Below are positions 29,571-38,112 of a DNA stretch of 64,000 nt, piece after piece. The stretch's first letter is position 1. Each line of letters begins with the position of its first letter. Made by a program: the position numbers and the translations under genes. The notes beneath the pieces were generated by a model that was not told the origin of the DNA, made no database searches, and saw only the letters and a program-made list of their open reading frames with translations. Location: positions 1 to 64,000 of IMG/VR virus record IMGVR_UViG_3300020469_003050. The stretch is one strand, 5' to 3'.

Positions 29571-29578
29571 GATAAATA
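29571..29578 (+). promoter_or_regulatory. late promoter GATAAATA
   Basis: Directly after the terminator. Confidence 0.65.
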
Positions 29579-29647
29579 GATAAGTAACAATATAACTTAA
29601 CGACAGTGAGAAATCGCTGACTTTAAAAACAGAACGTTGAGGGAAAA

Positions 29648-30445
29648 ATGGCAGTAGTATTAAACGCAAAAGGTACCAGTGTACCTTACTTTAAGATAGG
29701 TAAAACAGGCATCACGCTCTTTCAGGGCGGTAACGATCCTCACGCTACTTTAGGATATCCAGTCGCAGAACATGATATCTGGATAGACACTAACGATAAA
29801 ACAGTAAAATTCAGAACAGGATCAGCTACCTGGGATCCAATAGCAGACAATTTAGACGATTTAACAGACGTAGATTTAACAGGTCTAGCTGATGGTAATT
29901 TTCTAAGATATAATTCATCAACATCAAATTGGGAAGTACACGAAGTAGCTGGCGGTCTTGCTAGTGATTGGGGAAGTATTGCACAAAATCCAATAACATT
30001 TGATGGATATACTGGTGATATTTGGACAGTTAATACAACATCTAATACAGCGGCCTTCAATGGTAACGTTTCTATGACTGGTGATTTATCAGTAACAGGT
30101 GATGCAACTATATCTGGTAATCTTACATTCGGTAATGCAGATACAGATACAGTGGCACTATCGGCAGAAATTATTTCAAACATTATTCCCGATGCTGATG
30201 CAACTTATGATTTAGGTTCAAGTACTAAAACTTGGAATGATGTTTATGCATCAGGTACAGTTGGTTCGTCGGCTACAGGCGCTTTGCAATTTCCAGTAGG
30301 AACAACCGCAGAAAGGCCTGGATCAGCAACATCAGGTATGGTTAGATTTAATTCAACTACTAGTAGATTTGAAGGCTATAACGGTAGTAATTGGATTAAT
30401 ATTGATATACCAGATGATTGGGGCTCAGTAGCGGATACTCCGTAA
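29648..30445 (+). CDS. fibre-like structural protein
   Basis: LDDLTDV unit; PVGTTAERP...GMVRFNSTTSRFEGYNGSNW fibre motif. Confidence 0.75.
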   Translation: MAVVLNAKGTSVPYFKIGKTGITLFQGGNDPHATLGYPVAEHDIWIDTNDKTVKFRTGSATWDPIADNLDDLTDVDLTGLADGNFLRYNSSTSNWEVHEVAGGLASDWGSIAQNPITFDGYTGDIWTVNTTSNTAAFNGNVSMTGDLSVTGDATISGNLTFGNADTDTVALSAEIISNIIPDADATYDLGSSTKTWNDVYASGTVGSSATGALQFPVGTTAERPGSATSGMVRFNSTTSRFEGYNGSNWINIDIPDDWGSVADTP

Positions 30446-31041
30446 TGATTTATCCAGTAGTCTTTTGGCCTGGTTCTTATGGGAGTGTAGTTTGTCACTT
30501 TATAAATCTACACAAAAATTTCTATCAATTACCTCACGCCTTTACACCAACAGAATTCGGAATTGCAAGACAATTAGATGGTCCTTTTCATATAGGTAAA
30601 GACGGTAGTTTTTTAATTAATAAGAAAAGTAGAAGACCTTTAAATTCATATGTTAAAAGCATTATTGATACTTACGATATTGCAGTTAAAACTACCACTC
30701 CCCATGAAGTACTTGAACTAGATGATTTTTCAAATGTTAAACCTATAGTTGTTATTCCAAATTTAGCAAATCTGCAATGGCGTATAGAAGATAAAAACGA
30801 ACATCTTCATGCACCACTATCTATGCCGACAAGACATGAATATAAACAATGGTTAAAAGATATAGAAAGTTATGAACACTTTAAATTAAATATCGATGAT
30901 TTTTGGTCTTGGGCGGAGATGCGAGATGCTAAAAATTTAGATAAATCTTACTTAAAACTATGTGAATATATAGATAGCGAACCCAGACCCACAGTAGGTC
31001 TTGATATCTCAAGAATAGAGTGGTTCGTTGTCGGTGAATAG
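30445..31041 (+). CDS. hypothetical protein, possible sulfotransferase-like P-loop fold
   Basis: N-terminal VVFWPGSYGS; TAATG coupling. Confidence 0.55.
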   Translation: MIYPVVFWPGSYGSVVCHFINLHKNFYQLPHAFTPTEFGIARQLDGPFHIGKDGSFLINKKSRRPLNSYVKSIIDTYDIAVKTTTPHEVLELDDFSNVKPIVVIPNLANLQWRIEDKNEHLHAPLSMPTRHEYKQWLKDIESYEHFKLNIDDFWSWAEMRDAKNLDKSYLKLCEYIDSEPRPTVGLDISRIEWFVVGE

Positions 31042-31291
31042 TAAAGATATATTTGAAATACTACAAGAGTGGTATAAAGAACGTAAACGTCATAAAGACA
31101 AATCCTTTAAACAATGGCTTAAACATGTAGGCGGTCTATGGGTGTCCAAAGAAGAATGGGCTAAATTAGGTCGTTGGGAAACATGGAAACAACCAGCAAA
31201 AGATACCGGAAAAGGCATCGGAAAGATGTTTTTAACTAAATTACTCACAGTAATAATCATTATAATTATCGCTACACTGTTCAATCTCTAA
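31028..31291 (+). CDS. hypothetical protein with C-terminal TM
   Basis: Hydrophobic C-terminus. Confidence 0.6.
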   Translation: MSVNSKDIFEILQEWYKERKRHKDKSFKQWLKHVGGLWVSKEEWAKLGRWETWKQPAKDTGKGIGKMFLTKLLTVIIIIIIATLFNL

Positions 31292-31310
31292 CATTTCGCC
31301 TTCCTCAAAT

Positions 31311-31318
31311 GATAAATA
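31311..31318 (+). promoter_or_regulatory. late promoter GATAAATA
   Basis: Lies between the anti-SD and SD of ORF 31360. Confidence 0.65.
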
Positions 31319-31359
31319 CATATGATGAGAGTATTAACAACAAGGCGAGGAACATTATA

Positions 31360-31686
31360 ATGAATATAGAAAGAGTAATATGGCATGCGCCAGAGTATTT
31401 TAGCAGATGGAGATTGTTTCCTAGAGCATTTATTTCAATGTACATTTATCTTTTGTACGATGTTACGCAATGGTTTATGGCACTACCAGACCCAAATACT
31501 CAACAAGCAGGTCTTGTATCTGTAATCGTAGGTGCTGGAGCGGCATGGTTCGGTTTATACGTTAATTCAAGTTCAAGTAAATTTGAACAAGTTGAAGTAC
31601 GTAGTGGATCAACGACAGTAAAAGCATCAGATAGCAGAGATACAGTAAAAGAAAAAGCAGAGGCAAAAGGCCCTAAGGAATACTAG
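31360..31686 (+). CDS. two-TM membrane protein (holin-like candidate)
   Basis: GAGGA RBS; two TM helices and charged C-terminal tail. Confidence 0.55.
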   Translation: MNIERVIWHAPEYFSRWRLFPRAFISMYIYLLYDVTQWFMALPDPNTQQAGLVSVIVGAGAAWFGLYVNSSSSKFEQVEVRSGSTTVKASDSRDTVKEKAEAKGPKEY

Positions 31687-31695
31687 GAAAAGATA

Positions 31696-32151
31696 ATGGC
31701 AAACTTTAAACATCACATAAGATTAATGATGAAAGAAGAATGGAACAAACACGATATTAAAGGTGTTATTACTGTTCTTAAGAAAGCTATTGCCAATATA
31801 TTTGAGCCAAGAGAAGATGGTACCGCAGTAGTCTATCATATGATGGACGATTTTCATGTATACGATTTTCGTATGAATAGAGCGGTAACAGAAGCCGAAG
31901 CAGAAGTGGTGCTAAAATTATTACAAAACTGGACTGATAAAGATTTTACTATGGAAATTACTACTAGTGAAAAATTTGACATTCCAGAGGGTGAGACCGA
32001 AATAGATTTATCTTCAATACGACACAATAGATGGGTTTCTAGTCGTGTTGCTGAAGGATGGAGATATGGTCTACGATTTGACGAAGAGGAAAAAACCGAT
32101 CCCAGATTACGACCGTATCATGAATTAACGGAAAAGCTGAAAAGTCTATGA
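31696..32151 (+). CDS. RyR-domain protein
   Basis: HNRW...EGWRYG..FDEEEKTDPRLRPYHELTE. Confidence 0.75.
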   Translation: MANFKHHIRLMMKEEWNKHDIKGVITVLKKAIANIFEPREDGTAVVYHMMDDFHVYDFRMNRAVTEAEAEVVLKLLQNWTDKDFTMEITTSEKFDIPEGETEIDLSSIRHNRWVSSRVAEGWRYGLRFDEEEKTDPRLRPYHELTEKLKSL

Positions 32152-32160
32152 TTTTTCGAC

Positions 32161-32189
32161 TTGACTTTAGTTGAAAAATGATATATTAT
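32161..32189 (+). promoter_or_regulatory. sigma70-type promoter
   Basis: TTGACT-N17-TATTAT. Confidence 0.65.
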
Positions 32190-32208
32190 TAGAGTATAGG
32201 TATATAAA

Positions 32209-32748
32209 ATGTCTGGAATAAAACGAATATATGGTCTTGAAGAAAAGAACTACTACAAGTTCTTTGGTATTGATGAAAAGCAAGGGATAAGTGTACGTAG
32301 TCTTACGACACATTATAAGAAGATTCTAACAATCCTTAAGAAGGATACATCATTTACAGGACAAGACAGATTAGCATTTGCCAACAGGGCTTTCGAAACC
32401 TTGGCAGATCCTATTGCCCGTGCAAGATATTTACTTGAATTAAAAGGTCATGAAAATGATTTCAGAGACGGTGTTAGACCTGATGATATGGTTTTCATTA
32501 ATCAACTAAAACATCAACTTGAGGAACAAACTACAAGCGAAGATGTTATCTCTTTTATTGAAGAATTAAAAGACCAAACTCAGTTTATTAAAGACCAAAT
32601 AGAACAAAGCATTGATACATATCAGAATTACAAAACTGCTAGTGGATTATTGAATAGATTTTACGAAATATCAGAAATTCACCAAGAAGCAAAATCGAAA
32701 CAAGAAAAGATTGAGGAGGGGATAACCTATGTTGTATTTAACAGATAA
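32209..32748 (+). CDS. HscB-like Fe-S co-chaperone (HPD motif absent)
   Basis: NYYKFFGI...NRAFETLADPIARARYLLELKG; adjacent to iscA. Confidence 0.75.
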   Translation: MSGIKRIYGLEEKNYYKFFGIDEKQGISVRSLTTHYKKILTILKKDTSFTGQDRLAFANRAFETLADPIARARYLLELKGHENDFRDGVRPDDMVFINQLKHQLEEQTTSEDVISFIEELKDQTQFIKDQIEQSIDTYQNYKTASGLLNRFYEISEIHQEAKSKQEKIEEGITYVVFNR

Positions 32749-33058
32749 TTCCACAACAAGAATTAAAAAATGGTTATCTCAGAACCCAGGTAAAAAAGCA
32801 AGATTAAGTATAAAAACAGCCGGGTGTACTGGTTTCATGTATGAAGTTCTACTTGACGAAAAATTCAATATAGAAGATGACTTTGCTATTAAATACGATG
32901 ACTTTGACATTCTCGTAGAACATAAATATTTTCACACTATTGACGGAGCAACATTGGATTATGTTACTGATACTAAGAGTATGAGTTCGCATTTTGAACT
33001 TGTAAGTAATCCAAATGAAAAAGCACGTTGTGGATGTGGAGAGAGTTTTACGGTATGA
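32729..33058 (+). CDS. A-type Fe-S carrier (IscA/SufA family)
   Basis: GCTGFMY...LDY...NPNEKARCGCGESF. Confidence 0.9.
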   Translation: MLYLTDNSTTRIKKWLSQNPGKKARLSIKTAGCTGFMYEVLLDEKFNIEDDFAIKYDDFDILVEHKYFHTIDGATLDYVTDTKSMSSHFELVSNPNEKARCGCGESFTV

Positions 33059-33777
33059 ATGAGAGATTAAACATAGAAAAACACGCAATAAATCAAGCAC
33101 GTAGATGCCAAAGGAACTGGGACCTTTCTAAAGAAGTAGATGAAGAACACATAAATCATTGGATTTATCTAGCAACTACGGCACCATCAAAACAAGATGA
33201 AAGTTTTTTTGATTTATATGTAGTTACTGATAGAACAAAATTAGATTATCTCTACAAGGAACATTCATGGGGATTTACAATGTTGCCTGGTATGAAAGAT
33301 TGGGTCGGAAGAAACCCACAAATGGGAGCAAACTGTTTGTTTGTTTTCAATAGAAAGATGAATGAAGAAGAAATTCGTAATAACGAAAAAGATGGAAGTG
33401 TAAGAGATCCAAATGCTTCAAGTAGATGGGACAATGCATTTACATCGATTGGTATAGCAAGTGGCATAGTAGCCTTTAGTGCAAGTATGATGGGTTATGT
33501 TACTGGTTATGGTAAGAATTTTGGTTACATTGAAGAACCAAAACACAGTCAAGATGTATGGGGTGAAGTTCTCGGCATTAAGAAAGAAGATAACAACTTG
33601 ACATATAGTTTGGGAATTGGTTACCCAGATGAAAGCCTTCAATGGTATCAAAGTAAAGATAATAACGAATATCTAACAGGAGGGCCTGTTAACTATTCAA
33701 TCCAGTCTACTGATACTGATTTAAAATATTCAACATATTCTAAATTAGCCAGAGACATAAAGGTGTGGCGAGTATGA
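33055..33777 (+). CDS. nitroreductase-family protein
   Basis: RRCQRNW, APSKQ, SIGIASG, LGIGYP. Confidence 0.75.
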   Translation: MNERLNIEKHAINQARRCQRNWDLSKEVDEEHINHWIYLATTAPSKQDESFFDLYVVTDRTKLDYLYKEHSWGFTMLPGMKDWVGRNPQMGANCLFVFNRKMNEEEIRNNEKDGSVRDPNASSRWDNAFTSIGIASGIVAFSASMMGYVTGYGKNFGYIEEPKHSQDVWGEVLGIKKEDNNLTYSLGIGYPDESLQWYQSKDNNEYLTGGPVNYSIQSTDTDLKYSTYSKLARDIKVWRV

Positions 33778-34097
33778 TTTTTACAGAAAAAGCGGCTACG
33801 AGAGTAGAAGAAATTATAAAAGAACAGGGTGAATCTTCTGGTACGGCATTAAGAGTGTTCGTAGAAGGAGGAGGTTGCCATGGGTTCAGTTACGGTTTTG
33901 GTTTTGAAAAAGACCTTAAAGATGATGATAGTATCTATGAAACTAATGGCGTGAAGTTAGTAGTAGATAGTATGTCAATCATGTATCTAGCAGATGCAAA
34001 AGTAGATTATATCTCTAGCCTACAAGGCGACAGATTTGTAATCGATAACCCAGGAGCACAAACTACATGTGGATGTGGTTCTAGCTTCTCAGTATAA
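33774..34097 (+). CDS. A-type Fe-S carrier (ErpA-like)
   Basis: LRVFVEGGGCHGFSYGF...VDSMS...DNPGAQTTCGCGSSF. Confidence 0.92.
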   Translation: MIFTEKAATRVEEIIKEQGESSGTALRVFVEGGGCHGFSYGFGFEKDLKDDDSIYETNGVKLVVDSMSIMYLADAKVDYISSLQGDRFVIDNPGAQTTCGCGSSFSV

Positions 34098-34123
34098 TCA
34101 ACCAGAGGACGAAAGAAAAAATA

Positions 34124-34363
34124 ATGGAAGTAAAAGATAAAGTGTATGAAATAACTGCACGAAAAATGAAACGGCAGGTCTCTGACTTGAATGATGATAC
34201 CAATCTAAAGAAAGATTTGGGTGCTGATAGTATCGATACAGTTGAAATTGTATTTGAAGTAGAAGAATTCTATAAAATTGCTATTCCAGATGAATACGCA
34301 GAAACTATCAATACTATTGGTGATGCAGTCAAGTGTGTAGAGGATATGCTAAAAAATCAATAG
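34124..34363 (+). CDS. acpP: acyl carrier protein
   Basis: DLGADSIDTVEIV..VEE...IPDE.AE.I.TIGDA; phosphopantetheine Ser present. Confidence 0.9.
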   Translation: MEVKDKVYEITARKMKRQVSDLNDDTNLKKDLGADSIDTVEIVFEVEEFYKIAIPDEYAETINTIGDAVKCVEDMLKNQ

Positions 34364-34372
34364 GATGATATT

Positions 34373-34825
34373 ATGTCGAAAACTCTAAGGTGGTGGTTGT
34401 TCTTTTGTATATCACTAACAATCATGGGAATATCTCATTATTTCGGATTGTTTTATGAATTATATGAAAAGGACGTAACTAAGATTAGCTTTGGTATCAT
34501 AGGCTTGTATATATTTACAAGTTTGTATATCGGTAAGTTAACGATGGATTATAAAGAAGGTGAAAACATCGATTCCGGATTAGGTGTCGGTTGGTTCATA
34601 TCAGAAAGTATGTTGGCGTTAGGTATGATAGGTACCGTAGCAGGATTTATTCTGATGTTAGGTTCAAGTTTTGAAGGATTAGATGTAGATGATACTGCAA
34701 GTCTAAAAGAAACTCTAACAGATATGGCTATGGGTATGAGTACTGCATTGTATACGACACTTACGGGTCTTATATTCAGTCAGTTTACTAAGATACAGTT
34801 AGTCAACCTTGAGAGTCGTGACTGA
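34373..34825 (+). CDS. MotA/TolQ/ExbB proton-channel family protein
   Basis: LGMIGTVAGFI...GMSTALYTTLTGL. Confidence 0.85.
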   Translation: MSKTLRWWLFFCISLTIMGISHYFGLFYELYEKDVTKISFGIIGLYIFTSLYIGKLTMDYKEGENIDSGLGVGWFISESMLALGMIGTVAGFILMLGSSFEGLDVDDTASLKETLTDMAMGMSTALYTTLTGLIFSQFTKIQLVNLESRD

Positions 34826-35460
34826 TGAACAAAAACAAATACAAAAGCACAGTAGGATTTACAGACTTACTATTCAATCTATTAGTAGGTTTCGTATTTT
34901 TATTCATAATCGCTTTTATATTAATCAATCCAATAACTAAAAAAGCAGATGTACCTAAAAAAGCAGAGTACATGATTGTAATTGAATGGCCTACAGTAGT
35001 AACGGATGATATTGACTTATGGGTTAAAGATCCTGCAGGCAATACAGTTTCTTTTATAAAGAAAGAAAATGGTTTTATGAATCTTGAAAAAGATGATTTG
35101 GGACATTCAAATGATACGACTGTAGATGAATACGGTAATAGAAAAGTAATTTATATCAATAGAGAAGTAATCACATTACGTGGTATTATAAAAGGAAGAT
35201 ATCAAGTAGCCGCTCACGTATATGCAATGAGACCTTGGGAAGTAAAAAAGAATATTGAAAAGAAAGATTTGATAATTAAAGTAAAAGTTATTAAAATAAA
35301 TCCTTATAGAGAAGTATACATTGGTGAGAAAAACTACGAATTTAAAGGTCAACAAATACCATTAGTTAACTTTTGGCTAGACAAAGATGGGAAATTTGTT
35401 AAATACAATACGTTAGATAATAATATCATAACGAGAAAGGCAAGTAGCGGCGGACTTTAA
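34825..35460 (+). CDS. ExbD/MotB-like anchored protein with YfaP/DUF2135-like periplasmic domain
   Basis: GFTDLLF TM with Asp; EWP...DIDLWVKDP...DD...E...G.YQV..HVY. Confidence 0.6.
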   Translation: MNKNKYKSTVGFTDLLFNLLVGFVFLFIIAFILINPITKKADVPKKAEYMIVIEWPTVVTDDIDLWVKDPAGNTVSFIKKENGFMNLEKDDLGHSNDTTVDEYGNRKVIYINREVITLRGIIKGRYQVAAHVYAMRPWEVKKNIEKKDLIIKVKVIKINPYREVYIGEKNYEFKGQQIPLVNFWLDKDGKFVKYNTLDNNIITRKASSGGL

Positions 35461-35484
35461 TCCGCTCATACATGGAGACGTTAA

Positions 35485-36186
35485 ATGTTATATTCAGTAG
35501 AGTTAGCACCATTATTCATTTCGATGTTCTTTTTGGCATGTGTTATTCTTTGGTTTGCAATAAAAAATCACAGAAACGCATTACTACTAGGACTGGTTAT
35601 ACCTTTAACACTGGCAACTGTAGTTATTAGCTACATGTCGGTAGATAGAATACTAGGTTATCCTATCAATGCAAATATAAAGCCAGACTCAGTTTATCTT
35701 TCTCACTTAGAATCACCTGACAGTAAAAGTATATATGTATGGATAGTTGAACCAGGAAGTGACAAACCACGTGCAGTAACTATACCAAATACCAAAAATA
35801 ATAAAAAACAAATGCAAGATGCTAAAAATAAAACAGAAGAAGGCATCAAGCAACAAATGGCACCAGTATCTGAAATTTTAAATGAAGCTGAAATGAAAGG
35901 TAGAGGTATGACAAAAGGTGGTGAGTTTGCTACATATGATTTTAGAATAGGTGGTGGAAGTTTAAAAGGTATTAATCCTAGATTAGGTCTCCCTCCAGAA
36001 GAAGATCCTGATGAAGAACAAAAACAAAACCCTCCTCCAAATGTAAGTGCATTAGATTTTGAAACTGATGAATCAGTTGCAATGGCCCAGCCAGTAGTTC
36101 CTTATTCAGACTTACCAGAAATGCCTGTCGATACAGATGATGCGACAAATATTGACCACTCAGTAGATGAACATACTGATTTTTAG
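35485..36186 (+). CDS. membrane protein with Pro/acidic C-terminal region
   Basis: Two N-terminal TMs; third gene of the ExbB-like module. Confidence 0.7.
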   Translation: MLYSVELAPLFISMFFLACVILWFAIKNHRNALLLGLVIPLTLATVVISYMSVDRILGYPINANIKPDSVYLSHLESPDSKSIYVWIVEPGSDKPRAVTIPNTKNNKKQMQDAKNKTEEGIKQQMAPVSEILNEAEMKGRGMTKGGEFATYDFRIGGGSLKGINPRLGLPPEEDPDEEQKQNPPPNVSALDFETDESVAMAQPVVPYSDLPEMPVDTDDATNIDHSVDEHTDF

Positions 36187-36188
36187 CA

Positions 36189-36217
36189 TTGACACTGCAA
36201 CGAATCTGTGTTATTAT
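36189..36217 (+). promoter_or_regulatory. sigma70-type promoter with CGAATC box
   Basis: TTGACA-N6-CGAATC-N5-TATTAT. Confidence 0.7.
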
Positions 36218-36255
36218 TATTAACAATGAGAAAACATTTTACGAGGCGTTCAGGT

Positions 36256-36411
36256 ATGTATCAACTAAACTTAAAAGAACTTTCAGTAAAAGAATTACTA
36301 AAAGAATTTTACAGAATACGACATAAAGGTTCACCTTCACACGAAGATTTAATGAAGTGGCTGGAAGTCTATTCCGAACTATCTTATCGGAAAATTAAAA
36401 TAGAAGAATAA
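36256..36411 (+). CDS. hypothetical protein
   Basis: Short ORF after the promoter; start uncertain. Confidence 0.5.
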   Translation: MYQLNLKELSVKELLKEFYRIRHKGSPSHEDLMKWLEVYSELSYRKIKIEE

Positions 36412-36419
36412 ATATATGT

Positions 36420-36689
36420 ATGTTATACGTCATACTATTCTTTTGTGGAGTTTTAGTTGCTATGGTTATTAGTGCAGTTTGGATGCATGAAAAATCATAT
36501 AGTATACCTAAAATTGCACCTGATCCAATGGAACAAAGAGTAGCAGATATCAAAAATAGAATCGAAGCAGTACAAGAGAAATTCAAATCACCTACTTTAA
36601 AAGAAATAGAAAAACAATCTACGCAACAACATCGAAATGCAGAAATGGATGAAATGCGAAGAAAGTTAATGCCAAAAAGTGTTTCTTGA
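36420..36689 (+). CDS. hypothetical membrane-anchored protein
   Basis: N-terminal TM plus helical tail. Confidence 0.65.
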   Translation: MLYVILFFCGVLVAMVISAVWMHEKSYSIPKIAPDPMEQRVADIKNRIEAVQEKFKSPTLKEIEKQSTQQHRNAEMDEMRRKLMPKSVS

Positions 36690-36772
36690 AATCTACGTTC
36701 AGTAATGAACATATAAGACAAGAGCGGGTTGTTACGAAATAAACACGTAAGGGGTCACGGTTAGCCCCTTAA

Positions 36773-36780
36773 GATAAATA
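36773..36780 (+). promoter_or_regulatory. late promoter GATAAATA
   Basis: Upstream of tRNA-Thr. Confidence 0.55.
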
Positions 36781-36799
36781 TACACGTAGTTAATAATGT

Positions 36800-36874
36800 G
36801 CTGATGTGGCTCAACGGTAGAGCAACTGATTTGTAATCAGTAGGTTGGAGGTTCGATTCCTTTCATCAGCACCA
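36800..36874 (+). tRNA. tRNA-Thr(TGT)
   Basis: GCTGATG/CATCAGC acceptor, ACTGA-TTTGTAA-TCAGT, TTCGATT, ACCA. Confidence 0.95.
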
Positions 36875-36892
36875 CAACAAGAAAGGTAAATA

Positions 36893-37111
36893 ATGAAGCC
36901 AGGCGAAGCAATAATCCTAGCCGCACGTAAACAAGCGGAAGGTGAAATAGCGGTTCATCTAGCAAACATACAAGTCTATCAAACTATGCCAGCAGGTATT
37001 GGTGAACATTCAGATGTTACCGAGGCAGTGATTGAAGAACTTAATAAACTAGCGGCCGCTTATGACAGATTAGAAATGATTGAAAAATATTTCACAACTA
37101 AATCTGAATAA
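36893..37111 (+). CDS. hypothetical protein
   Basis: PAGIGEHSD motif; AAGG RBS. Confidence 0.75.
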   Translation: MKPGEAIILAARKQAEGEIAVHLANIQVYQTMPAGIGEHSDVTEAVIEELNKLAAAYDRLEMIEKYFTTKSE

Positions 37112-37120
37112 CAAAATTTA

Positions 37121-37204
37121 GCCCATGTGGTGAAATTGGTAGACACGCAGGTTTTAGGTACCTGTTCTTACGGAGTGGGGGTTCAAGTCCCTCCATGGGC
37201 ACCA
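37121..37204 (+). tRNA. tRNA-Leu(TAG)
   Basis: GCCCATG/CATGGGC, CAGGT-TTTAGGT-ACCTG, long variable arm, ACCA. Confidence 0.95.
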
Positions 37205-37238
37205 TCTTTAGACTTAACTTAATATAAGGAAAAACTAA

Positions 37239-37703
37239 ATGAAACTTAATACACTTACCACCGGATTAATATATCCTGCATTATATTTTGCTATGTTTAT
37301 AGCATTGTTTGTAGTGCCTGCATTCGCAGATGATATGACTATCGAAATGTTGAACAAACGTGACGATGGTGCTAAGATGGTTTACAGTGAGGATATCGCA
37401 AACATTGACGTAGGCGATACAATTACTTGGGTACCAACATCAAAAGGTCATAATGTACAATTCATTGCTGGACCAGATGGTTGGGATATTCCAAAGAAAT
37501 CAAAAAACAACAAAGAAGTTGCAATCACTTTTGACGTACCAGGCGTATATCTATATCAGTGTACACCACATGCAACAATGGGTATGATTGCTATTGTAAT
37601 GGTAGCAGAAGGTGGCGAAGTCCCACTAAATGATATCAGCAAAGCAAAGGTCAGAGGCAAGAGCAAAAAGAAACTAAAAGAATTGCTTGATGAACTATCT
37701 TAA
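37239..37703 (+). CDS. pseudoazurin-like blue copper protein
   Basis: Signal peptide; GHNV and YQCTPHATMGM type-1 Cu ligands; IEMLN...MVY...GDTITW. Confidence 0.88.
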   Translation: MKLNTLTTGLIYPALYFAMFIALFVVPAFADDMTIEMLNKRDDGAKMVYSEDIANIDVGDTITWVPTSKGHNVQFIAGPDGWDIPKKSKNNKEVAITFDVPGVYLYQCTPHATMGMIAIVMVAEGGEVPLNDISKAKVRGKSKKKLKELLDELS

Positions 37704-38103
37704 ACGCATAAGTGAAAAACTACCGGAGTTCTGTTTGTCTCATTGGCTATACAGAATTCCCTTAGCCATTGTGTTTATTCAACAAGGTCTAAGTAAGTTT
37801 CCAGTAACATTGGAAGGGGCTGAGTCTTTTGACTTGCCCTACATTGTTTGGTGGGTTGTTGCTTATGGGGAACTAGGCGCAGGTCTAGGTCTACTCGTAG
37901 GCGGAGCATTCAACACAGATTATATACGTTGGATAGGAGACCTAATTACACGTTTCTCAGGTATTACAATCTGTTGTATAATGACAGGTGTTATCTGGGT
38001 AGGCGAACCTGAAAGTCTACTAGACGTAATTCTATATGATAACTTTCACGTATTTCTATGGGTAGGTGGGTTATTCTTTGCACTAAGAGGTAATAGAGGC
38101 TAA
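37690..38103 (+). CDS. DoxX-family membrane protein
   Basis: RIPLAIVFIQQGLSK...ELGAGLGLLVG...TRFSG. Confidence 0.8.
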   Translation: MNYLKRISEKLPEFCLSHWLYRIPLAIVFIQQGLSKFPVTLEGAESFDLPYIVWWVVAYGELGAGLGLLVGGAFNTDYIRWIGDLITRFSGITICCIMTGVIWVGEPESLLDVILYDNFHVFLWVGGLFFALRGNRG

Positions 38104-38112
38104 ATAGAATGT

